A stretch of DNA of 64,000 bases, taken from the IMG/VR virus record IMGVR_UViG_3300025423_000009, positions 1-64,000 of that record; one strand, given 5' to 3'. The notes beneath the pieces were generated by a model that did no database searches, had not been told where the DNA came from, and saw only the letters and a list, made by a program, of their open reading frames with translations. The position numbers were made by a program, and so were the translations under genes. The stretch is from a virus. Of this stretch, positions 8,990-17,322 are shown piece after piece; position 1 is the stretch's first letter, and the number at the start of each line of letters is the position of its first letter.

Positions 8990-9622
8990 TCAAGAATCTT
9001 TTGATGTAAAGGCATCAATTGCGATCTGACGATAGGTCGGTATATGAAGCTCTCGAGCTAGAAGCTGTGCATACTTGCGAGCCTTCAGCGAATGCTCGGT
9101 CCAGAGACCAAGTGGATCATTCACCTTGGGCATCTCGCGATCGAGGAATCCGGTCAGTGTCTGCAGAATCGCTAGGCCATGAATCGATACTTTATCTTGC
9201 GAATAGGCCGCCAGAATCGGAGGAGGTCGAACACCATCGAGCCTATGATTGGCTTCGAGCATGTCGTCGAAGTCCGAGAACCTCTCGACTACGGACTTGA
9301 TTTCCTGAGAGAATCGATACTGCATTGATTCATGATAGGCACGAAGCTCGATGTATGGTTCCTCATTCATGGAACCGATCCACTTCTTTCCGGCCATCAC
9401 GTTCGCGGACACGTACCACAGGCACTCGTTGAATTCCGAATGCCTGCGAGCCAGCTTCTCGAAGAAGTATCGATCCTTGCGAGCCTCAAAGGCTTGAGCC
9501 GAGAGAGACTTCATCGAGAATCGATACTTCACGGCATCGAGCTTTCCCTCGAAATGAAGCTTGATCGAGGTGACCAAGTTCCATGCCTGAAGCGGAGTAA
9601 CCTTGTTCGAGGTCGATTCCAT
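8990..9622 (-). CDS. 59: Helicase loader gp59
   Basis: SIKLHFEG..DAVKY.F...F..RKDRYFFEKLARR; adjacent to gp32. Confidence 0.85.
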   Translation of the reverse strand: MESTSNKVTPLQAWNLVTSIKLHFEGKLDAVKYRFSMKSLSAQAFEARKDRYFFEKLARRHSEFNECLWYVSANVMAGKKWIGSMNEEPYIELRAYHESMQYRFSQEIKSVVERFSDFDDMLEANHRLDGVRPPPILAAYSQDKVSIHGLAILQTLTGFLDREMPKVNDPLGLWTEHSLKARKYAQLLARELHIPTYRQIAIDAFTSKDS

Positions 9623-9969
9623 CAGTGCTTGGCACGATTCTCGACCTTGCGTTCCCTGGCTTCAAGCTTACGCTTGGCACTCTTGGACGGCTCTCGACGA
9701 GGAGCCAGATGCGGAATCACCTTGCCATTCTCGTCAACCTGATTCTGACGAACCTTGATGAAGCGCGAGATCATCGGTCGAGGATTGTTGTTGATCTTGA
9801 TGTTGTACTTCTTCACGAGTTCGAGCATCGTGGCTTTATCCTTGTCGGAAGGCTTGACTCCAGTGTTGACGTACTTCTCGACATATGACTGAATCAGAGC
9901 GCGATCGCCTGGATCCATCTCGAGTGTAGATGAGTTAAGTTTGGTATCGATCATGGTGGTATGTGGCAT
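9622..9969 (-). CDS. Hypothetical protein
   Basis: 115-aa ORF coupled between gp33 and gp59. Confidence 0.6.
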   Translation of the reverse strand: MPHTTMIDTKLNSSTLEMDPGDRALIQSYVEKYVNTGVKPSDKDKATMLELVKKYNIKINNNPRPMISRFIKVRQNQVDENGKVIPHLAPRREPSKSAKRKLEARERKVENRAKH

Positions 9970-9971
9970 AA

Positions 9972-10217
9972 TTAAAGTAACATGGTTGAGGTTCTCTTTC
10001 GCCCCTTCACGGTGTTAAGTTGAATCGATTCCTTCTCGATCTTGCTTTTCAGCGGAGAGGTCAGAATCATCTTTGCGACGTCGATCGGATCGATGCCATG
10101 TTCATCACAAACATGAACGACCGCTTCCGAGTAACGCATGTGTTCTTTCTGGACCAGCAATTCGACTCGCTCGGCCAGAGTTTGCTTGTTGAGGACTGGC
10201 AATGAAGCTATAGTCAT
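9972..10217 (-). CDS. 33: Late transcription co-activator gp33
   Basis: VE.LV...MRYSEAVVHVCDEHGIDP.DVAK.I...LKSKIEKE...LN; synteny with 59 and 32. Confidence 0.9.
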   Translation of the reverse strand: MTIASLPVLNKQTLAERVELLVQKEHMRYSEAVVHVCDEHGIDPIDVAKMILTSPLKSKIEKESIQLNTVKGRKRTSTMLL

Positions 10218-10270
10218 GATGTGTGTTTAGTGGAGTGGCAAAGTTGAATCAGATTCATGTTAGTATCCTA

Positions 10271-10492
10271 TCACGGTTTCTTCTTTTGTACAGCTAATTG
10301 TTTCCCGAGGGAAGCTTTACAGGACTTGAATACCTTCTTCAGAAGATCCATGTCAATCGTTCGATTCGAGTAGGAGTCACGGCGACACATTTGAGTGTCA
10401 AAGCGACGGCGATAATCTTCTAACTGCTCGCGGTAGGAGTCACGTTCGCATATAGCATCAGTAAGCTTGAGTTGGGTGTCGGTGTATTTCAT
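10271..10492 (-). CDS. Hypothetical protein
   Basis: MKYTDTQLKL...; start overlaps upstream stop. Confidence 0.5.
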   Translation of the reverse strand: MKYTDTQLKLTDAICERDSYREQLEDYRRRFDTQMCRRDSYSNRTIDMDLLKKVFKSCKASLGKQLAVQKKKP

Positions 10493-10740
10493 AATTGTTT
10501 CTTCCAAGCGATGATGCCCCAGACATTCAGAGGAGCGAACATGAGCTGACAGAGCATCAATGCGGTCTGATTCGTGTTCCAAGCATAGGCGAACCAGATC
10601 GCACACGATAGCAGTCCAACGTACCACGTTAGTCGCATCTTCAAGATCGTGAGAATCATGCAGATCACGGTCAACATGAATGCGATCCATGAAAGAGTTT
10701 GATTGATCTCAGGTATATTCATGCCAGAATGACTATTCAA
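10489..10740 (-). CDS. Small 3-TM membrane protein, PnuC/SemiSWEET-like
   Basis: Three hydrophobic helices; W.VGLLS..IW, Q..F..LNVWG..W pattern. Confidence 0.5.
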   Translation of the reverse strand: MNSHSGMNIPEINQTLSWIAFMLTVICMILTILKMRLTWYVGLLSCAIWFAYAWNTNQTALMLCQLMFAPLNVWGIIAWKKQL

Positions 10741-11086
10741 AGGTCGTCTCCTTGTAGATGACTATGACTGATCCATCCTCATGATTGATCGTTCCATAGA
10801 GTTGATATGTGCGAGTCTCGATGGTCGAGGCGGAAATTGGAATAGCTCGTCCATTGACGATCCAGTCGACACGCTTCTGAATCGGCCGTCGCATGAATTT
10901 AGGATAGTTGCCATCATGACACGTGTAAAGCTTCGAATCATCGAGCTCCATTCCATCAGCCGTGTGAATGCGGATGCGATACTTTCCCTCATTAGGCTCA
11001 AACTTTAAGACTTCTTTTTTGCCATAGTTTAGTAATGCAGCCTCTATGGCACGATGTTCATATTCATTGATCTCTGTCTCATTCAT
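10733..11086 (-). CDS. Hypothetical protein
   Basis: ORF with ATGA coupling to the upstream gene. Confidence 0.55.
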   Translation of the reverse strand: MNETEINEYEHRAIEAALLNYGKKEVLKFEPNEGKYRIRIHTADGMELDDSKLYTCHDGNYPKFMRRPIQKRVDWIVNGRAIPISASTIETRTYQLYGTINHEDGSVIVIYKETTFE

Positions 11087-11361
11087 ACTGAAATCTCCTT
11101 GACGGAATCCAGACGGAACGAACGCCATGCCTGCTTGTCGAGATCATACACGCAGATCACGTTCGAATTACGAGGCTGAACCTGCTCCATCAGATCCTTC
11201 TGTTTGAGAGCCGGATAGCTTCCATCCTTCAGTGTGCAGTTCATCGTACGAAGAGTGCCATCGGCCTTTCGAAAGACAACGGTCGTCGAATGACGACCAC
11301 GTAAAGACTCGATCAGAGCCGCTCGTTCCAAATCCGTATTGTTGAATGCTGTAATGTTCAT
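11083..11361 (-). CDS. SH3-fold WYL_2/DUF2693-like protein
   Basis: V.FRKADGTLRTMNCTL ... VYDLDKQAWRSFR.DSV. Confidence 0.75.
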   Translation of the reverse strand: MNITAFNNTDLERAALIESLRGRHSTTVVFRKADGTLRTMNCTLKDGSYPALKQKDLMEQVQPRNSNVICVYDLDKQAWRSFRLDSVKEISV

Positions 11362-11603
11362 TTTTGAAAGTTAGTAACACGAACCAGATCGATGTAGTCA
11401 CCAAAGCGAGCATCGAAAGTTTTGATCAGATGTTCATAGTCCGAGGAAATCATTTCCTCATGTACTTGATTGAGTTGAACTGGAGTGAAGCCAAGCTGCT
11501 TACCTAACCTTTGAGCATATCCAAGTAGAACAAAGGCATTCCCTTCTGGTCCATTCAAATTGATCTCAGGCTTACCGCGATGAATTGGAGCTCTAATTGC
11601 CAT
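11358..11603 (-). CDS. Conserved phage hypothetical protein
   Basis: EINLNGPEGNAFVLLG.A..L.KQLG...M.S.DYEHL...FD..FG. Confidence 0.65.
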   Translation of the reverse strand: MAIRAPIHRGKPEINLNGPEGNAFVLLGYAQRLGKQLGFTPVQLNQVHEEMISSDYEHLIKTFDARFGDYIDLVRVTNFQK

Positions 11604-11757
11604 AGTCTTCTAGATCATGATGTTTGCCGTATTTGGGGCGCCGACGATAATCCTTGACCGTCTCGTGTGCATGGCCAGGAGGAGGTACAGGTTTTCGTAG
11701 TGCATCCATAGCCTGAGCCGCGATGCTTTTCTTCTTTCTTTTAAGTTTCATATAAAT

Positions 11758-12909
11758 TTAACGATCACCCTTCAGGCAATTGTTGGGATCAATGCGAGCA
11801 TAGTTTGGAACACCCAGACCAGTCAGTCCCATGAAAAGGAATGTCACTTTACGACCGATCATCTTTTGTTGTTGTGCCAGAACGCGCGCGCGATCTTCAT
11901 GAGAACCCATAAACACGGCCTCGAATTCCTTACCTTTCCATCGAACCACCGCATTCTGAGCCGTACCATGCCGCTCTCCCTTGCCCTCGACGATAGCCTG
12001 AATGACACACTCATCATCGTCCTCGGGCTTTACCTTCAGAAGACTGTTCGAGCGCTTATGTTCGTAAGCCGAATTCATGTCTCGAAGAATGACACCCTCC
12101 TGATTATCATTCAGAGCCTCTTCATAGATCGCAAGCATCTTTTTTTCGGAATCAACGAGCATGGTATGAACTTTCTCACAAAAATCAAATTTGGCAATGA
12201 TGTTTTTGTCAATCCAAGCCTTGCGAGTCGCATAAGGAGTGTCTTCCGTCATTCCGGCAAAGCCATATCCATCATAGATGTAGAATCGAACCAGACTCTT
12301 GGACTCATTTAGATCCGAGGTCGATGGCTTGGATTTACGAATGATCGAGGTTAAGTCATTCAGGCGCTGGCGTAGCTCGTAATTGAAAAGCTCTCCATCC
12401 AGAACCGCATCGGGCCACGCTTCAAAGAATCCTTCTAGTGCCTGAACAATATGAGGAATCGACGCATAGAGCTTACCTCCACGTGTCAAGAATCCACGAT
12501 TTGTGGCCGCACAGCGATTACCATTGAATTTGATCTGAACTCCCCATGAACCTTGAGTGAAGTCAATAGACTTTTTACGATCACGATATTTTTTGGCAAG
12601 CATGACTTCGATATGACGCAAGGACTTATCAATGTCCTTTACATTTTGCCAATATCCAATCTCTTGATTCTTCTTCCATTGTGCCTCGGCTTCAAAGAGA
12701 GCCTGATCTTCCGCGGAACGCTCATTGGCACGGCCAACATTAGTGGCCAGTGAAGGATACCATTCGGTCGTGGTTGTTTTACCGCCTTCCTGACCGTAGA
12801 TCGTGCGATACTTGGCTCCATCGACTTCGATGGTCCAGTGACGAATCATGCCGGTCGAGGCTCGAGAATATAGAATTGGAAAAATCTTTTTCACTTTGCA
12901 ATTAGACAA
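11758..12909 (-). CDS. 30: ATP-dependent DNA ligase (gp30-like)
   Basis: Motif I QIKFNGNR, LDGELF, FYIYDGY, EGVILRD, RS.SLLKVKP, OB-fold C-terminus. Confidence 0.9.
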   Translation of the reverse strand: MSNCKVKKIFPILYSRASTGMIRHWTIEVDGAKYRTIYGQEGGKTTTTEWYPSLATNVGRANERSAEDQALFEAEAQWKKNQEIGYWQNVKDIDKSLRHIEVMLAKKYRDRKKSIDFTQGSWGVQIKFNGNRCAATNRGFLTRGGKLYASIPHIVQALEGFFEAWPDAVLDGELFNYELRQRLNDLTSIIRKSKPSTSDLNESKSLVRFYIYDGYGFAGMTEDTPYATRKAWIDKNIIAKFDFCEKVHTMLVDSEKKMLAIYEEALNDNQEGVILRDMNSAYEHKRSNSLLKVKPEDDDECVIQAIVEGKGERHGTAQNAVVRWKGKEFEAVFMGSHEDRARVLAQQQKMIGRKVTFLFMGLTGLGVPNYARIDPNNCLKGDR

Positions 12910-12953
12910 GAGTCAATTTGTATTTTTTGCCATCAATCTCAACGATACGGCCC

Positions 12954-13703
12954 TCACAGGTGGAAGATTGCTCGAACAATCTTCCACGTGGAAGATTGCT
13001 CGGGATTCTTTTTGATGATGTTCACCTTTCCATGAGCCATCGTGCCTGTCACAATTTCCTTACACGTGATGACATCATGTGCATTTTTCATGTAGGGAGA
13101 AGTTCCAGCAAAGATCTTGTAGTCACGACCAGCCTTGATGCCCTCACCAGCATTGATGCCACAGCCAGCATTGATGCCACAGCCAGCCTTGATGCCCGTG
13201 CCAGCCATGATGTCCGAGCCAGCCTCGATGCTCCAGCGAGCGTTGATGCCCTCGCCAGCCATGATGTCCGTGCCAGCCTTGATGCCACAGCCAGCCTTGA
13301 TGCCCGCGCCAGCCTTGATGGCATAGCCAGCCTTGATGCCCGTGCCAGCCTTGATGCCCGTGCCAGCCTTGATGTCCGCGCCAGCCTCGATGCCCTCACC
13401 AGCCTCGATGCCCTCACCAGCCTCGATGTCCCAGCCAGCCTTGATGCCCTTGTCAGCCTCGATGCCCTTGTCAGCATTGATGTACCAGCCAGCATTGATG
13501 CCCTCGCCAGCCGTGATGCCCGAGCCACTTTTAGCTTGAATGTATCCAGTGACGATGAGCGATCCAGAAAAATACACCATTCCTAAGTCTTTTTCGATGA
13601 TGAGATGCCCGTCGAAGTGCCCGTCGAAGTTACTTGAATCGGTGTAATGATTCCGCGAATCCAGATCTTTTTTAGTGATAGTGTAGATAGTGTATGTCTT
13701 CAT
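12954..13703 (-). CDS. Hexapeptide-repeat (GxxIxA) beta-solenoid protein
   Basis: 22 consecutive 6-aa units such as GEGIEA and GTGIKA; early promoter upstream. Confidence 0.75.
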   Translation of the reverse strand: MKTYTIYTITKKDLDSRNHYTDSSNFDGHFDGHLIIEKDLGMVYFSGSLIVTGYIQAKSGSGITAGEGINAGWYINADKGIEADKGIKAGWDIEAGEGIEAGEGIEAGADIKAGTGIKAGTGIKAGYAIKAGAGIKAGCGIKAGTDIMAGEGINARWSIEAGSDIMAGTGIKAGCGINAGCGINAGEGIKAGRDYKIFAGTSPYMKNAHDVITCKEIVTGTMAHGKVNIIKKNPEQSSTWKIVRAIFHL

Positions 13704-13750
13704 TCTGATACCATTCTACCATGAAGCCTTGACTTGTACATAGGAAAGTG
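13704..13750 (-). promoter_or_regulatory. Early promoter (TGTACA ... TTCATGGTAGAAT)
   Basis: Matches the promoter family repeated across the window. Confidence 0.65.
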
Positions 13751-13754
13751 AAAG

Positions 13755-13784
13755 AATATCTCGTTGCAAATCAGCTACTTGCAC
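13755..13784. repeat. 30-bp element copy 1 containing an IHF-like site
   Basis: AATATCTCGTTGCAAATCAGCTACTTGCAC, identical to 17286-17315; contains AATCAG-CTAC-TTG (WATCARNNNNTTR). Confidence 0.8.
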
Positions 13785-14109
13785 CGGATGGCCGGATGTG
13801 AGCAGATCTCTCTTTAGTCAAGGTAATGTGTAATCCTTCAATTTGACCTTGATTTCGATCCGCATTGAATCGATTTGAATTCCGAATGAACAGTGGACGG
13901 CTGAGAAGAAGACAGATTTATGTATACGGCCAGACAGCGGATTATCGTAAAAAAGTGAAAGAAAGAAACCCAGAGGCTTTGAAAAAGAAAGAAGCCTTCA
14001 TGCTCTGAGAAAAATGAAGGCTTGTCTTGAAAGTATGAACGATCGAATTGCTCGGCCGATCAGGGCCTACTCTGGAGTCTTAAGGCTCGTTGCGTCGATC
14101 GCTCTGAAA

Positions 14110-14274
14110 TTATTTATTCGAGGAAGGATTTTGAGAGTCCTTGACAGAGGAAGATTTCGATTTTTTGTCTTTCTTCTTCTCGAAGATTTTATTCCAATTG
14201 TCGGCAAACTCGTCGAGCTTGACGGAGAATGGACGAGGCTTGGATCCCTTACCGTGTTGTGGTTGAGTACTCAT
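14110..14274 (-). CDS. Small conserved phage protein (GKGSKPRP motif)
   Basis: MSTQPQHGKGSKPRPFSVKLDEFADNWNKIF. Confidence 0.6.
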   Translation of the reverse strand: MSTQPQHGKGSKPRPFSVKLDEFADNWNKIFEKKKDKKSKSSSVKDSQNPSSNK

Positions 14275-14413
14275 GATTGAAATTTTTCCATGCGTTCGGC
14301 AAGGATGCTCGAATAGAGGCTCATCACCCACGCTTGCTTCTGCAGGCGAATCCACTCGGCGTCGTCACACTTGGAGCTCCATTGCTCGTTCTCCTTGAGG
14401 AATGACTGAAGCT

Positions 14414-14860
14414 TCACGATCTTGGCATCCAAGTCTTGCTTCTCCTTGACGACTCTCTTCTGTTAAGCGGCTCCAGAGAGACGCAGTGTGGGCAGTCGTC
14501 CCACCCTTGGTTTGATTGGTCGTTTCGTATCATTCCAGTCCCCTTGCAGGCTTGGCATTTTGTGGCTCGTTCGATTGCGTCAAGCGCGTCGTGCGCTATA
14601 CACTTCACGTCTTCGCTGCCGTAGTTGCCTTCTTGGATTTTAGCCAGTGCGTTGATTGCGATTTGCGCCCTGTCCATTTGCAGCCGCCATGCCTTGTGAT
14701 AGATTTCAGATGACGATTTTTCGCCGCTTAACAAGTCCTTGGAGGCAAAGACGCCAGCGTCTTGCGCTCCATCATTGGTTGAAATTTGAGTGTTCATTTT
14801 ACGTTCGAGCCGACGCTTCCGCCGTCTTGCCTCAAGTCTGCGATATGATTTCATACTCAT
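14414..14860 (-). CDS. Hypothetical protein with DnaJ-type Zn motif
   Basis: KCQACKGTG...DCPHC; ATGA coupling at 14857-14860. Confidence 0.5.
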   Translation of the reverse strand: MSMKSYRRLEARRRKRRLERKMNTQISTNDGAQDAGVFASKDLLSGEKSSSEIYHKAWRLQMDRAQIAINALAKIQEGNYGSEDVKCIAHDALDAIERATKCQACKGTGMIRNDQSNQGWDDCPHCVSLEPLNRRESSRRSKTWMPRS

Positions 14861-15111
14861 ATATTGAAAGTGATGGTCGTGACGCGATCTCCACACTGAT
14901 CACAAGCTTCATCGTCGGATTCCATGGTATCGCATTCGAAGAGATTGATCAGATTCAGGACATTGATCGCTCCTCTTCCATACGATTCACGGAGCTTCTC
15001 GAAAAGCTCGTCTGCGAGCATGTCTAGTTCATGGGTCGTGAAGTCCTTGGAGTTTTTGCCGTCGATGATGACGGCATCTGCCGTGCATCCGGTGCGTACG
15101 ATGATGTTCAT
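14857..15111 (-). CDS. Hypothetical protein
   Basis: 84-aa ORF with CDQC motif. Confidence 0.55.
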   Translation of the reverse strand: MNIIVRTGCTADAVIIDGKNSKDFTTHELDMLADELFEKLRESYGRGAINVLNLINLFECDTMESDDEACDQCGDRVTTITFNI

Positions 15112-15139
15112 GATAAATAATGACCCTTCTTAAAACATT

Positions 15140-15349
15140 TCAGTTAGGCGACTTGCGGCTTTGGCGGGACGCATCAAGCCACTTATCAAACCATTCTTTA
15201 TGTTGTTTGGCTTCTTCGTGGGATTGGTTCACCCACCATGTTCTGTCATTTTTATAGAGCTTGGTGAGTGCGCGCTCGATGATTGCCCACCGGAACAAGA
15301 AGGCATTTAGAGCCAGTGAGCAGATTAGGATTATTAGCATTGTGTTCAT
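15140..15349 (-). CDS. Small membrane-anchored hypothetical protein
   Basis: N-terminal hydrophobic helix. Confidence 0.45.
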   Translation of the reverse strand: MNTMLIILICSLALNAFLFRWAIIERALTKLYKNDRTWWVNQSHEEAKQHKEWFDKWLDASRQSRKSPN

Positions 15350-15514
15350 AGTCGTCGCCTAACAAATGCGTCGAGCCAATCCCGGTTGGCCACTGCACTT
15401 TATTCGTTCAGGTTTTTGGTTGTTGTGTGTCGTGAGTCCAGGATGGCTCACGCACGGCGATAATGATCGAATGTCGTCAAGGAATAGATTGTAATGCGTA
15501 AAAACAAAATGGAA

Positions 15515-15590
15515 TGGAGCCTGAAGTTGGAATTAAACCAACGACCTGCTGTTTACGAAACAGCCGCTCTATCAACTGAGCTATTCAGGC
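15515..15590 (-). tRNA. tRNA-Thr(CGT)
   Basis: GCCTGAATAGCTCAGTTGATAGAGCGGCTGTTTCGTAAACAGCAGGTCGTTGGTTTAATTCCAACTTCAGGCTCCA; cloverleaf with encoded CCA; atypical T-loop TTTAATT. Confidence 0.85.
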
Positions 15591-15639
15591 GGCACCGGCT
15601 ACCCATCACTAGGGTTGAGTCGCGTCGGCCGGACGACGT

Positions 15640-15822
15640 TCAGTCTCGCTCAACTGAATTCGATTGAGGCACGTACTTGAGCCTCGAAGAGTTGAGACGA
15701 AGAGCATAGTTTTTCTCCATGGCCTCGCTCTTCGTCATTCGATGATTACGAGTGAGCATCGCTCCGGTTTCCAGATTCATCAGATCGTACGTGTGCAATG
15801 TCTCATTTTCGAGGTGATGCAT
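15640..15822 (-). CDS. Hypothetical protein
   Basis: 60-aa ORF in operon orientation. Confidence 0.5.
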   Translation of the reverse strand: MHHLENETLHTYDLMNLETGAMLTRNHRMTKSEAMEKNYALRLNSSRLKYVPQSNSVERD

Positions 15823-15830
15823 AAAATCAT

Positions 15831-16034
15831 TTATCCCTTTAGAAACTGACGAACATTTGGTCCCTCATAGCATGAAAGCTGAGTCGGATCTGTGTGTCTG
15901 GCGATTGGAGCTTCGGGTCCTCCCCACCACTTCGTGGCCTCGGCAAGTACACGCTCGGTCAGAGCGTTTGGACAATTTTTGAATTTGGCACATCCTGCAC
16001 CGGTACAAAACGTAGTGTCTTTATAGCACGTCAT
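15831..16034 (-). CDS. Small Cys-rich protein
   Basis: MTCYKDTTFCTGAGCAKFKNCPNAL... Confidence 0.55.
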   Translation of the reverse strand: MTCYKDTTFCTGAGCAKFKNCPNALTERVLAEATKWWGGPEAPIARHTDPTQLSCYEGPNVRQFLKG

Positions 16035-16038
16035 AAAA

Positions 16039-16416
16039 TTATTGAAAAAAAGTCTCGATCGACGAGAATCCCGCACCCTTCACTTCGTGTGAATCATTCG
16101 TCTCAATATCCTCCGTGATATGTGAACGTTCCGATCGTTGAGGTTTCGGCATCTCTATATGGATATTCATTGGAATGTACGGCGCTTTCTTTGATTCATA
16201 CCATGTATTGGTAGAAGGCGAGAAATGCCGAATGAGTGGCTTTCCACAAACACCAACATCGACATAGTCCTTGACGCCTCTCTGAGGACCATCATGCCAT
16301 TTCCAGACTTTCGGATCTGGAAAATTGTCGGCATCCATCGGGATTTCAAATCCAGATCGAATCCACACGATATAGGCTTGCTCCCATTCTAAACTATGTG
16401 CGTTTTTATTGGCCAT
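16039..16416 (-). CDS. Hypothetical protein
   Basis: ORF in operon orientation; start uncertain. Confidence 0.5.
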   Translation of the reverse strand: MANKNAHSLEWEQAYIVWIRSGFEIPMDADNFPDPKVWKWHDGPQRGVKDYVDVGVCGKPLIRHFSPSTNTWYESKKAPYIPMNIHIEMPKPQRSERSHITEDIETNDSHEVKGAGFSSIETFFQ

Positions 16417-16424
16417 GATATAAT

Positions 16425-16682
16425 TTACGATTCGTGCCATTGTGTAGGCGAGAACGGGCACGTTTTGCCCTTATTCGACGATCCACACCAGATGCACTTC
16501 TTGCCATGCCCACGTTCGTGCGTCTGATTCGGCGAGAACTGACAGGAACGACCATAGTTCTTGGATCCACACCAGATGCATGCGTCAGCATCCGCCGAGT
16601 GCCGATGCCGTCGATTGGGCGAGAAGGCACATGAGTAGCCATAGACCGACTGATCGCAGTACATGCATTTGCTGGTTGACAT
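16425..16682 (-). CDS. Triple Cys/His zinc-finger-like repeat protein
   Basis: Three copies of C-x2-C-x8-C-x-FSP-x3-H. Confidence 0.65.
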   Translation of the reverse strand: MSTSKCMYCDQSVYGYSCAFSPNRRHRHSADADACIWCGSKNYGRSCQFSPNQTHERGHGKKCIWCGSSNKGKTCPFSPTQWHES

Positions 16683-16700
16683 GGTATTATTTATTGAAAG

Positions 16701-16814
16701 TGATGAGCGCGACAGGATTTGAACCTGCAATCTTCCTCATTTAAGTGGTGCGTCTGACTATCGGCGCAACCGATAGCAACGATTCTTCATTGAATCGAAT
16801 TCCGCCACACGCTC
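16701..16814 (-). ncRNA. tRNA-like RNA with a two-hairpin insertion in the D-loop
   Basis: Acceptor GAGCGTG/CGCGCTC, T-arm GCAGG-TTCAAAT-CCTGT, Leu-type D-stem GCG/CGC; degenerate anticodon arm; 3' end A-TCA. Confidence 0.6.
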
Positions 16815-16831
16815 GAATTGTATTCGATCGA

Positions 16832-17233
16832 TTAACCGATCAACGCCACGCCGGTATGATCGATCGGTTTGTTGATCGACTGGCAATACTTCTCCCAGGA
16901 CTTCTGTGTCTGAGCTTGCTTGCTCAGAACTTCATATCGAGTGATCAGACCGTCCCAGTAAGCCTGAGTGCATTTGCGCTTGCTCTTCGTTTTATCCCAA
17001 TGATTGCCGATCGTGCGAGCCGTCTTGTTCAGCCAGTGCAGAGTCTTCTCGGCATTCATGCTCGAGATATGATTCTGAATCTTCTCGGTCGGTCGAGAGG
17101 GCGTCTTCTTGACTGGCGCGGTGGCATTGATGACAGGAGCCTTCACGGCCCCAGTTTTGATTGTGTTAGTTTTTTTCATAATGTATGTGTTGTTTGTTGG
17201 TGTGTTTCCATTATTGCTGATGTTGTTCTTCAT
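16832..17233 (-). CDS. Hypothetical early protein
   Basis: Directly follows an early promoter; Asn/Thr/Lys-rich N-terminus. Confidence 0.55.
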   Translation of the reverse strand: MKNNISNNGNTPTNNTYIMKKTNTIKTGAVKAPVINATAPVKKTPSRPTEKIQNHISSMNAEKTLHWLNKTARTIGNHWDKTKSKRKCTQAYWDGLITRYEVLSKQAQTQKSWEKYCQSINKPIDHTGVALIG

Positions 17234-17235
17234 TC

Positions 17236-17285
17236 TGGAATAATAATACTCCAGAAGTCGTAATTTGTAAACAAAAAAGTGCTAA
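17236..17285 (-). promoter_or_regulatory. Early promoter (T-tract, GTTTACA, -10 TATTAT)
   Basis: T4-like early -35 GTTTAC with upstream T-tract. Confidence 0.7.
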
Positions 17286-17315
17286 AATATCTCGTTGCAA
17301 ATCAGCTACTTGCAC
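17286..17315. repeat. 30-bp element copy 2 containing an IHF-like site
   Basis: Identical to 13755-13784; same position relative to an early promoter. Confidence 0.8.
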
Positions 17316-17322
17316 ACGGAGG

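Noticed and set aside
13135-13530. 18-nt repeat array as a CRISPR or DGR
   Set aside because: No unique spacers, in-frame coding periodicity, and no cas or reverse transcriptase gene.
13088-13586. Long alternative-frame ORFs (12918-13586 +, 13088-13528 -, 13135-13539 +)
   Set aside because: Shadows of the stop-free 18-nt repeat; only 12954-13703 has non-repeat flanks and a promoter.
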